In this document: one piece after another, positions 49,594-57,972 of the stretch
Layout of the letters: each line of letters starts with the position of its first letter
Position numbering within the stretch: the stretch's first letter is position 1
From: Desulfurococcales archaeon
GTDB lineage: Archaea > Thermoproteota > Thermoprotei_A > Sulfolobales > AG1
Direction of reading: 5' to 3'
NCBI GenBank assembly: GCA_015521765.1
Contig: WANO01000038.1
Span: forward strand, 722-64,721
DNA length: 64,000 bases
The notes under the pieces: model-generated
Seen by the model: only the letters and a program-made list of their open reading frames with translations
Databases searched by the model: none
Told to the model about the DNA's origin: nothing
Program-made: the position numbers and the translations under genes

Positions 49594-50718
49594 ATGGATG
49601 GGCTATCCATATTGTCTGAAATATACAGGCATATAGGGTCGAGCACAGGTAGCTATAGCTTTATAGACTCCCTAGATATAGGGAGATCTAGAGACCTGAT
49701 CTTCCTGATCACCATAGCATCAACAAAAACATCAACAATACCAGGGGTAAGCATAGCTGGTAAAACACCGAAGGACACGCTATATACACCAGCACTAGAT
49801 GTCGAGTACCTAGTAGCCGGGAAGCCATTAACCATCGACACCATACCCATAACCCCTGATGGAATACCAACACCAGCATTGGTATCGAGGTCCCTTATGG
49901 TATCGAATAAGATATCCACACTGGTTGTTGATTCAGGCTCATTTATCGAGCCAAAGATACCCCATATAGACCTGCCAAGCAGGATTCCCGGAGAATCAAT
50001 AGACACTGGTAACGCGTTGCCTGAGGGGACCTCGAGGAAGCTGTATAGCGAAGCCAGGGTTCTGGGCGAGAGCATTGGTTACGATAGAGTAGTGTTTATT
50101 GGGGAGAGCATGCCTGGGGGGACCACTACTGCGATGGCTATAATGGAGGCTTTGGGGTTCAGGGCTAGGGGCCGGGTCAGTAGTGCGGGGCCCAATAATC
50201 CCCACGATCTTAAATGGGGGATTGTCTCAAAGGGGTTTAGGTGTGCTGGAATAGATCCTCCTGTTGATGACGTGTTTAGTGCTATAGATCGTGTGGGGGA
50301 CCCCCTGCACGTATCGATTGCTGGGATCGCTGATGGCGCAATAAGCTCCGGGGGGAGGGTTGTTTTGGCTGGAGGAACCCAGATGTGCTCTGTCCTGGCT
50401 ATATTGAGGAGGCTGGGTGTTGATTACCGTGGGAGGCTGGCTATAGCTACAACATACTGGCTGTATGGGGATAGATCTTCGGACATACAGGGTCTGGTTA
50501 ACTCCATAGACAGTAGCGTTCCCATCTACTATACTATGATTGATTTCAGCGACTCACCGTTTGATGGTTTGAGAAGGTATGATGAGGGTTACGTTAAGGA
50601 GGGTGTGGGTATGGGTGGATATATGTTTGCGTCGCTGGTTCTAGGGGTCCCGCTGGAGGGTATTAAGAGGAGTATATATAGCGAGTATGGTCGATTGATC
50701 AAGTATCGTAAGGTTTAG
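49594..50718 (+). CDS. cobT: archaeal-type nicotinate-nucleotide--dimethylbenzimidazole phosphoribosyltransferase (UPF0284/CobT)
   Basis: TSTIPGVSIAGKTP...TPALDVEYL and GESMPGGTTTA resemble the archaeal UPF0284 CobT family. Supported by the cobamide gene context. Confidence 0.65.
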   Translation: MDGLSILSEIYRHIGSSTGSYSFIDSLDIGRSRDLIFLITIASTKTSTIPGVSIAGKTPKDTLYTPALDVEYLVAGKPLTIDTIPITPDGIPTPALVSRSLMVSNKISTLVVDSGSFIEPKIPHIDLPSRIPGESIDTGNALPEGTSRKLYSEARVLGESIGYDRVVFIGESMPGGTTTAMAIMEALGFRARGRVSSAGPNNPHDLKWGIVSKGFRCAGIDPPVDDVFSAIDRVGDPLHVSIAGIADGAISSGGRVVLAGGTQMCSVLAILRRLGVDYRGRLAIATTYWLYGDRSSDIQGLVNSIDSSVPIYYTMIDFSDSPFDGLRRYDEGYVKEGVGMGGYMFASLVLGVPLEGIKRSIYSEYGRLIKYRKV

Positions 50719-50722
50719 GGTT

Positions 50723-51826
50723 TTGGGTGTTGTAAGAAAGATCTGGCTGACCCCCTCGCCCAGATCCCTAGTTGTAGAGCTTAATGATGAAGCAAGATTC
50801 ATATCGTCTATACCCACGGTAGGCGATAGAGTGGGGCATGTGGTTTTTGCCCAGGTGAAGAAGGATGCGTGCATGGATAGCTTCACCTCTTTCCAGCGCA
50901 GGATTTTAAATATGCTGGGTATAGATCGGGGTCTCGTGTTCGCTACCGCCGCTGATGTCGGGAGATACATAGATGTTTCTGTGAAGCTTGATCGGGATAT
51001 AGATCTGGAGATAGAGATCATAGCTACAGTAGGTCTCGAGCCGCCTGCATGTGTAGACCTGGAGAAGCTCTATAGACCAATTGCTGGCACAATAAATATA
51101 GCTACTATCCTAGACTCAGAGGTCCCCCAGTCGGCTCTAGCGGATCTTTTTAGGACTATAGTAGAGGCCAAAGCATCTGCATCTTCCTACCTGATGCTGA
51201 GGTGCAGATCTAGATCTGTGGGCACGGTCTCAGACGCCATAGCTGTGGGGTCCCTGGAATCCGGAAAGAAAAGAGACATATTAACTATGGGTATGGCGAC
51301 AAGCGTGGGTGGTGTGGTGGCCAGAAAAATACATGGGGCCCTAATAGATCACGCGGTGAGTAAGATGGGGATTGAGGGGTTCGTTAGAAACTGTATCGGT
51401 ATGGATATAGATGATCTGGCTAACCTAGCCTATAGGTTCGCTAGCGAGCTGTCTATCGATGCGCCCACAAAGGATTATTTTAGGGTGGCCATAGCCGAAG
51501 TGTTGGGGGACCCCAACGTTCTTATGACTTTAATCGCGTCTAGAGAGCTAGATCTATATAGGAGGTCTGGGGTGATAGGTAAAATAGCTCGGGTGCAGGG
51601 GTCCCCTCAGAGCTATAGCGGGTTGGATTTAGCTTTTCTGTTGGGTAGATCGGTTATTGAGCAAAGCAGATGCATTAAGATCGATGATTGCATCGATCTC
51701 TATAGAAGGCTACTTCACCTATCAAGCGAGGTTTGGGAGGAGTATCATAACGATACCATGTTTGAGCAGTATATGGTGGTTTCTTTAATAGCTAGGGTTC
51801 TTTGCTGTATGAACCAGAATAGGTGA
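50723..51826 (+). CDS. cbiZ: adenosylcobinamide amidohydrolase (CbiZ) with C-terminal extension
   Basis: GTINIATILDSEVPQSALADLFRTIVEAKASA...VGTVSDAIAVG matches the CbiZ core as I recall it. 367 aa against about 220-240 typical. TTG start. Confidence 0.6.
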   Translation: MGVVRKIWLTPSPRSLVVELNDEARFISSIPTVGDRVGHVVFAQVKKDACMDSFTSFQRRILNMLGIDRGLVFATAADVGRYIDVSVKLDRDIDLEIEIIATVGLEPPACVDLEKLYRPIAGTINIATILDSEVPQSALADLFRTIVEAKASASSYLMLRCRSRSVGTVSDAIAVGSLESGKKRDILTMGMATSVGGVVARKIHGALIDHAVSKMGIEGFVRNCIGMDIDDLANLAYRFASELSIDAPTKDYFRVAIAEVLGDPNVLMTLIASRELDLYRRSGVIGKIARVQGSPQSYSGLDLAFLLGRSVIEQSRCIKIDDCIDLYRRLLHLSSEVWEEYHNDTMFEQYMVVSLIARVLCCMNQNR

Positions 51827-51833
51827 TAACCCA

Positions 51834-52391
51834 GTGGTGTGGAGCGGTAAAATAAACTGTGTGGTTATGGCCGGGGGTAGGGGGGAGAGGCTGGGGTTTG
51901 CTAGTAAACCTCTCATTGATCTGTGTGGTGCCTTGCTTATTGAGCGCGTTCTGGGTGGGGTGAAGGATCTGTGTTCGAAGATAGTTGTGGCCTACTCGAG
52001 ATACACCAGGGGTGTTGAAGATCATGTATGTGGAAGAAAAGAGCTGTGTGGAAGCTGCATGTGTATAGAGACTAGTGGGGATAGCTATGTGGAGGACCTC
52101 AATAAGGCTTTAGATCTTTCTGGGTTCCCTGTGCTGGTGATACCGTCAGATACACCGTTTATAGATAAAAAAATATTAGGTGATTTTATATCTAAAGCTC
52201 TGGGTACAGGTGCCGAAATAGTTAATCTGAGCGTTGTGGGGAGGGGACTTATAGGTGTATCTGTCTTCAAGTCCAGGTCTGGTGGGTGGATCAATATAGT
52301 ATACGAATACAGCAACAGCCTAATCGATATAGATACGCCAGAAGATCTTGAAAGGGCTAGGTGCATGTGTGGTGAAGATACACGGAGGTAA
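51834..52391 (+). CDS. cobY: adenosylcobinamide-phosphate guanylyltransferase (archaeal CobY)
   Basis: VVMAGGRGERLG NTP-transferase loop, about 185 aa, in cobamide context. Confidence 0.65.
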   Translation: MVWSGKINCVVMAGGRGERLGFASKPLIDLCGALLIERVLGGVKDLCSKIVVAYSRYTRGVEDHVCGRKELCGSCMCIETSGDSYVEDLNKALDLSGFPVLVIPSDTPFIDKKILGDFISKALGTGAEIVNLSVVGRGLIGVSVFKSRSGGWINIVYEYSNSLIDIDTPEDLERARCMCGEDTRR

Positions 52392-53430
52392 CCCCCCGGA
52401 GGGTGTGCTCGACTTCAGCTCCCCGCTAAATCCTTTAGGGCCTCCCAGACTGCTCCTTAACGTTTTATTCAACGAGATCGAGGGTGGAGCGGTATCTAGA
52501 TACCCGGATCCCAGCTATAGCGATTTCAAGAATTCAGTATCCATGTTCTATAATATAGATCCCGAAAACATCCTCCCACTAAATGGAGCTGCTGAAGGCC
52601 TCTACATGCTTCTAGCAGTCCTGAAGCCTAGAAGGCTTATTGTCTATGAACCGACATTCGGCGATCACTGGGAGGCCTCGAGATCCCTCGGAATAGATAT
52701 CGTGGCTCTACCCCTCATAAGTGAGGGTAATAGATATGTACTTGAGCCAGATCTGCTATGCAACATACCTGAGAGAGAGAAAGAGAACTCCCTTGTGCTA
52801 TTATCCAACCCCAATAATCCTACTGGTGTCCTGGTTAGATCTAGAAAGATAAAGTCTCTCTATAGCTGTTTAGGTAACGGATCATATATAGTTATTGATG
52901 AAGCCTTCATGGACTTCACGACTGGATCAGAGAGCTTTATGGGTAAGGGGTTTGAAAGGACCATTGTTATTAGAAGCTTCACCAAGATCCTATCAATTCC
53001 TGGATTAAGGATCGGTTTCCTGTATTCCGAGGATAGGGACCTCTTATCGAGGCTCGAGGGGTTTAGGCAGCCATGGAACATCAATATCCTCGCTGAGCGG
53101 GCCGTGAGCTTTATGCTTAGGAGCATCGATATATTTAAGGATTTCATCCGTGAGTCCAGAGACTTCGTTAAAAATGAGAGGGAGTGGCTCTATAAGAAGC
53201 TTAAGTCGCTTGGATTAACTGTATATAGGTCCTGGGGTCCCTTCCTGCTTGTGAGGCACAGTGGCTATACTCATCCTGAGCTGCAGTCGGCTTTGATCGA
53301 TAACGGGATCTATGTGAGAGACGCATCATCGTTCCACGGGTTGAGTGGTGAGTACAGTAGAGTTTCCGTAAAGCTCAGGAAAGACAATGCTATCCTGGTT
53401 GAGGTTTTTAGAAAGCTCTTTGGTGGATAG
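52348..53430 (+). CDS. cobD: L-threonine-O-3-phosphate decarboxylase (CobD; class I/II aminotransferase fold)
   Basis: N-terminal KIHGGN, NPNNPTG and PLP-lysine SFTKILSIPGLRIGF. A start at a downstream GTG is possible. Confidence 0.75.
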   Translation: MKGLGACVVKIHGGNPPEGVLDFSSPLNPLGPPRLLLNVLFNEIEGGAVSRYPDPSYSDFKNSVSMFYNIDPENILPLNGAAEGLYMLLAVLKPRRLIVYEPTFGDHWEASRSLGIDIVALPLISEGNRYVLEPDLLCNIPEREKENSLVLLSNPNNPTGVLVRSRKIKSLYSCLGNGSYIVIDEAFMDFTTGSESFMGKGFERTIVIRSFTKILSIPGLRIGFLYSEDRDLLSRLEGFRQPWNINILAERAVSFMLRSIDIFKDFIRESRDFVKNEREWLYKKLKSLGLTVYRSWGPFLLVRHSGYTHPELQSALIDNGIYVRDASSFHGLSGEYSRVSVKLRKDNAILVEVFRKLFGG

Positions 53431-54254
53431 GCTTATCCGCGGCCATAAAGGATTTAAGGGCTCTGCTCTCCTTTCTTACTACTATACCTGCAGGAGTAAA
53501 TGATCTTATAGCGGCCTCTAGGGCGTTCCATCTAGTCCCCATAGTCGGCTTACTCGAGGGGGCTATAGCTGGTTTAGCGGTATACACTCTATATCTTATT
53601 AGGCTCGACACTTTATTTATTGGGGTTCTCTATGTCGTGATCCATATAGCGATCACTGGAGGGATACATATCGATGGCTTCTCGGACTATATGGATCTTA
53701 TAGGATCTAGAAAGCGCGGCGAGGAAGCCAGCAAGGTTCTTAAAGATCCCAGGAAGGGTTCTTTCGGCGTTATGGGAATCACACTAAATATAGTTGTAAG
53801 CCTAGCATCCATAGACGTTATACTCACAAACATATCTCCTAAATGGCTGATGGTGCCGCTACTCGGGCTACTGTATGTTGTGTCCGCTGAATCCATGTAT
53901 ATAGTTCTCAGATATGGTAGAAGAGAACCCTATAACGGGCTGGCCAACGTGTTCTACGATAACTCAATGTCTAGAGGTAAGATAGCGTTGAACATGGTTG
54001 TTCTGCTAGCTCTAACCCTAGTACTGGTTTCGGTGCCGGGGGTTCTCTACGGCTACATACATATCACGGCAACAACCGCGGTATTGATGTATGCTTCATC
54101 ACTAGTGATATGCACCGTCATCTTGCGGGACTCGAGCTCGAGGCTTGGCTATGTTAATGGTGATGTTCTTGGATTCTCTTTTGAGCTACATAGGGTGGTT
54201 CTTTTGCTGTCTATGGCTCTTCTCCTACAACTTGCCAGTTTGGGGTGCTGCTGA
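53412..54254 (+). CDS. cobS: adenosylcobinamide-GDP ribazoletransferase (cobalamin synthase CobS); start codon unresolved
   Basis: TGGIHIDGFSDYMD core. The conserved N-terminus (ALLSFLTTIPA...VPIVGLLEGAIAGL) is encoded in frame upstream of the first GTG (53637). The frame is open from 53412 and has no ATG/GTG/TTG before 53637. Confidence 0.8.
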   Translation, partial: KALWWIGLSAAIKDLRALLSFLTTIPAGVNDLIAASRAFHLVPIVGLLEGAIAGLAVYTLYLIRLDTLFIGVLYVVIHIAITGGIHIDGFSDYMDLIGSRKRGEEASKVLKDPRKGSFGVMGITLNIVVSLASIDVILTNISPKWLMVPLLGLLYVVSAESMYIVLRYGRREPYNGLANVFYDNSMSRGKIALNMVVLLALTLVLVSVPGVLYGYIHITATTAVLMYASSLVICTVILRDSSSRLGYVNGDVLGFSFELHRVVLLLSMALLLQLASLGCC

Positions 54255-54257
54255 ATA

Positions 54258-55199
54258 ATGCTTATGGATCCTATCGCATCGATCTCTATCTTGATGCTTG
54301 CTCTCTTGCTAGATCTAATATATCCCTTCCACTCGGGCCTCCTATATAAACTCCACCCTGTCCACACATCGTATGTGCTTGCCAGAAGGCTATGCCCCCC
54401 ATACTCCGGTTTAGCTAGAGGTGTTTTAACGTGGTTTGCTGTGGTTTCCCTGCATCTAGGGGTGTTTGGCTCTATACTATATTTCTCCAGCCTGCTCAAT
54501 ACCTACATAGCTCTAGCTATATCTGTTGTTATCGTTAAATTCTCTATATCTCTAAAGCTACTTATAGACGTAGCTAGGCGCGTAGAAGAAATGTTTGTTG
54601 CTGGAAGAGGCTTCGAGGCTAGGGTTTGGGCTCAGCAGCTGGTTAGGAGAGATGTGTTTAGGCTTGACGATGCTAGGGTTGTTTCTTCAACTCTCGAGTC
54701 TCTGTCTGAGAGTCTTGTTGATGGGTTTGCTTCTCCTCTTCTATACTATGCTCTTGCTGGGCCCCTGGGAGCTCTGCTCCAGAGGGTAGCTAATTCTCTG
54801 GATAGTGCTTTAGGATATAGATCTGCTGAATACATCAATGCTGGGAGGTTTTCAGCTTTGATGGATACCGTGCTGAATGCTGTCCCGTCTAGGCTTACGG
54901 CCTTATTGATTGTTCTTCTCTCACCTATTATTGGCGGGGACCTCGCCTCCAGCTATAGGGTTTGGAGAAGGTACCATAGCGCTACCGAGAGCTTTAATGC
55001 GGGTCATCCTATATCCGCCTTTGCCGGTGCCTTGGGGGTTAGGCTTGAGAAGCCCGGGCACTATGTGGTTAATGAGGATGCTAGGCCTCCTACACCTAGT
55101 GATATTGTTAGGGGGGTTAGGCTTATCTCTGTGGTATCACTCGTGTATATATTTATATTAATATTGTTTATTATTATAGCCAGCTCTCTATCTCTGTAG
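54258..55199 (+). CDS. cbiB: adenosylcobinamide-phosphate synthase (CbiB/CobD membrane protein)
   Basis: LLDLIYPFHSGLLYKLHPVHTSYVLARRL and SESLVDGFASPLLYYALAGPLGA, typical of CbiB. Confidence 0.8.
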   Translation: MLMDPIASISILMLALLLDLIYPFHSGLLYKLHPVHTSYVLARRLCPPYSGLARGVLTWFAVVSLHLGVFGSILYFSSLLNTYIALAISVVIVKFSISLKLLIDVARRVEEMFVAGRGFEARVWAQQLVRRDVFRLDDARVVSSTLESLSESLVDGFASPLLYYALAGPLGALLQRVANSLDSALGYRSAEYINAGRFSALMDTVLNAVPSRLTALLIVLLSPIIGGDLASSYRVWRRYHSATESFNAGHPISAFAGALGVRLEKPGHYVVNEDARPPTPSDIVRGVRLISVVSLVYIFILILFIIIASSLSL

Positions 55200-55253
55200 G
55201 TAAAGCTTATATCTCGGTATTTCTCTTCATAATTTATGGAGGATTAAGCCTCG

Positions 55254-55955
55254 ATGATCCATATATTCCGCCGAGGCCCCGGTGCAGGAGGCAGAAGTCG
55301 AAGCAGATACGCATCACGCCCACACGGCTACTATGGATTTAGGTTCGCCTCCATTCAGCCAGCTACCTTCTGCTCCTTGAGAACCTGCTTTCCTGAAGAT
55401 AAATGCTACGAATACAGAGTTTTTGAGGCTAGGAACCTGGCCCCCTTCTCGTTTATAGACTATGAGGTTGAGGTCTTCAACGATCATTCCGCAGACCATA
55501 TACCAGGGCTCTATAGAGACTATCTCGTTCTCGTCCCCCACACTCTCGAGTTCGCCTATGCTTCCCTGATCGAGAAGAGGGATCTCAGGATTGTTCCTGG
55601 CTTAAGTGTGTTCTACTATGGTACAGACAATATGGGTGAGGCGTACTATATACTCTCTATACTGAATTCCGGGTGGGTCTTTAGGGGTTTCAGGGATCGA
55701 GCTTCCATATTCGAGAATGAGGTTAAGGCGATCATATCATCTATACCGAGGTATGATCCTGGAAATCCAGACCATGTAAAGCTGTCTGAGCTGGGTGTTA
55801 AGGGGAGAGATGAGTGTGTTAGGGAGCTTAAGTCTATAAGGGAGGGTATCGATCGTGTGTATAGAGGGATGATTAGGCGGGCTCTGTATGATGCGACGGA
55901 CCATATTAGAAGAGAGATCGATGAGATCCTGGTGAACATGAGCATATACAGATAG
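55254..55955 (+). CDS. hypothetical protein; resembles an isolated target-recognition (TaqI_C-like) domain of type II/IIG DNA methyltransferases
   Basis: AYYILSILNSGWVFRGFR followed by ...IISSIPRYDP resembles the 'LNS...fy ... iPi' pattern of TaqI-like specificity domains. The N-terminal 30 aa are Arg/Gly-rich and look non-native. Confidence 0.35.
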   Translation: MIHIFRRGPGAGGRSRSRYASRPHGYYGFRFASIQPATFCSLRTCFPEDKCYEYRVFEARNLAPFSFIDYEVEVFNDHSADHIPGLYRDYLVLVPHTLEFAYASLIEKRDLRIVPGLSVFYYGTDNMGEAYYILSILNSGWVFRGFRDRASIFENEVKAIISSIPRYDPGNPDHVKLSELGVKGRDECVRELKSIREGIDRVYRGMIRRALYDATDHIRREIDEILVNMSIYR

Positions 55956-56055
55956 CGTATACCGGATCATTTATTGATCGCCTGCCACGAATATTTGAAT
56001 ATATGCGGTTATTTAGTTATATTTCTGCTTTACAACTCTAATTGGGCTGAATGCA

Positions 56056-57942
56056 ATGGGTAGAGGCATCAGTGTCGAAGATATAGTTAGGATCATATCC
56101 ATACCCAACGTAAGGGTCTCGTCTAAGGGATATGTTGCCTACGTCACCAGGGTGCCTGATCTAGATAAAAACAGGTATGTAACTGAGATAAGGATCCAGG
56201 GGCCAGACGGGTTCAGTGCTAACCTAACGGGAAACGATAACACACCTAGATGGAGCCCCTCGGGTTCTAAACTTGCTTTCTTGAGCAGGAGGGGCGCTGA
56301 TGAGAAGGAGAAGGGTGCTGGGGTTTTTGTGTATTCTATAGGTGGAGAGCCTAGGAAGGTCGCCTGGTTTAAGATGGGTGTTGTGGATCTAGACTGGCTC
56401 AACGAGACGACGGTACTGGCTTTATCGCCTGTGGCTACGGATGATTTCGACCCTGATGGAGACTATGTTATGACTGACAGGCTCCCGCTGTGGTTTGATT
56501 CCGTGGGTCTTGTTGCTGGTAGGGTTACCCAGATATTCTCGATCGATGTAGACTCGAATAGGGTTAGGAAGCTGACTGAGGAATCTAATCCGGTTAGGGG
56601 GTTTGCCCCATGCCCCGATGGGAGAATAGTCTATTGGGTTGTGGATGACTGGAGGAAGCCCTATATATCCACCTTAAAGATTCTTGAAAGAAGCGGTGAA
56701 ACCGTTGAGGTTATGAAGGGCGTTAGTGTGTGGGGCGCGCTGTGTGGTGGTGAAGATATATTTGTTTTAGCCCATAAGCAGCCTATAGGTATCGCTAGCC
56801 ACCATAGGGTTTGGAGGGTTCTTGAGAGGGATCTGGAGTGTGTTTCCTGCGGTGTGGATAGGAACATCCATGTGTTGGCTGGCCTCTACGATGGTAATCC
56901 TGTAGCTGTCTACTCCGATCGTGGAAGATCCGTTGTGGCCATGTTTAAAGGCGACGGCGGTGAGCATAGAGACCTTATAGCTAGGGACCAGATAATATTT
57001 GATGCGCATCTCGAGAACGGTAGGCTTGTGTATTCGGCATCGTCGCCTACATCGCCTCCTGAGGTGTATGAATATAGGTTTAGCGATGGTGGCGTTAGAA
57101 AGGTTTCTAGGGTTAATGAGTGGGTTTCTGGCGAGATAGATCTTGTGGAGCCGAAACATATTAGATTTAGCCATGGAGGGTTGGAGCTTGATGGGTGGAT
57201 AATGCTACCCAAATCCGAGGGTCCTTATCCAATGATCCTCTATATACATGGGGGCCCTAAAGGGATGTATGGGTATGGGTTCTACCCAGAGTTCCAGCTG
57301 ATGGTGGCTAATGGGTTTGCCGTAGCATATATGAACCCTACTGGTAGCGATGGATATAGTGAGGAGTTTGCTGATATAAGGGGTAGGTATGGTGAGGTTG
57401 ACTATGAGCAGATAATGGCTTTTGTCGATAAGGTTGTTGAGGAATATGGCATAAACCCCAGCAAGATGGGTGTTACTGGCATAAGCTATGGAGGATACAT
57501 GACTAATGTTATAGTGACTAAAACCGATAGGTTCTCTGCTGCTGTGAGCGAAAACGGTATTGCTGACTGGATCGCTGATTTCTGGGCCTCAGACATAGGG
57601 TACTGGTTCAACCCCGACCAGATAGGAGGAACGCCCCTAGACAATATGGATGAGTATATTAGGAAAAGCCCTGTCTACCACGCGAGAAACGTTAAGACAC
57701 CTATACTGTTTATCCATAGTCTCGAGGACTATAGATGCTTCATAGACCAGTCTCTAGCCATGCATACAGCTCTGAGAATGCTTGGGAAGGAGTCTAAGCT
57801 ACTTGTATTTACTAAGGGATCCCACGGGCACAGCATTATGGCGGCTCCAAAGCATAGAATGAAGAGGTTGAATATCAAGCTGAAGTGGTTCAAAGATAAG
57901 CTGGGGATCATGGAGGGTAAAGACAGCAATAATAAACAATAA
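56056..57942 (+). CDS. S9 family serine peptidase, acylaminoacyl-peptidase-like (paralogue type B)
   Basis: GISYGGYMT, EDYRC and GSHGHS. Blocks are shared with the 32020..33996 product (YIHGGPK.MYG.GF...GSDGYSEEFADIR). Confidence 0.85.
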   Translation: MGRGISVEDIVRIISIPNVRVSSKGYVAYVTRVPDLDKNRYVTEIRIQGPDGFSANLTGNDNTPRWSPSGSKLAFLSRRGADEKEKGAGVFVYSIGGEPRKVAWFKMGVVDLDWLNETTVLALSPVATDDFDPDGDYVMTDRLPLWFDSVGLVAGRVTQIFSIDVDSNRVRKLTEESNPVRGFAPCPDGRIVYWVVDDWRKPYISTLKILERSGETVEVMKGVSVWGALCGGEDIFVLAHKQPIGIASHHRVWRVLERDLECVSCGVDRNIHVLAGLYDGNPVAVYSDRGRSVVAMFKGDGGEHRDLIARDQIIFDAHLENGRLVYSASSPTSPPEVYEYRFSDGGVRKVSRVNEWVSGEIDLVEPKHIRFSHGGLELDGWIMLPKSEGPYPMILYIHGGPKGMYGYGFYPEFQLMVANGFAVAYMNPTGSDGYSEEFADIRGRYGEVDYEQIMAFVDKVVEEYGINPSKMGVTGISYGGYMTNVIVTKTDRFSAAVSENGIADWIADFWASDIGYWFNPDQIGGTPLDNMDEYIRKSPVYHARNVKTPILFIHSLEDYRCFIDQSLAMHTALRMLGKESKLLVFTKGSHGHSIMAAPKHRMKRLNIKLKWFKDKLGIMEGKDSNNKQ

Positions 57943-57972
57943 AATATTTTGGATAATTAGATAGAGTGTTTT

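Noticed and set aside
53404-53411. G-GTT-TTT-A as a -1 frameshift heptamer linking cobD to cobS
   Set aside because: Shifting to the -1 frame here runs straight into the TAG at 53409-53411. Any shift would have to occur at or after 53412.
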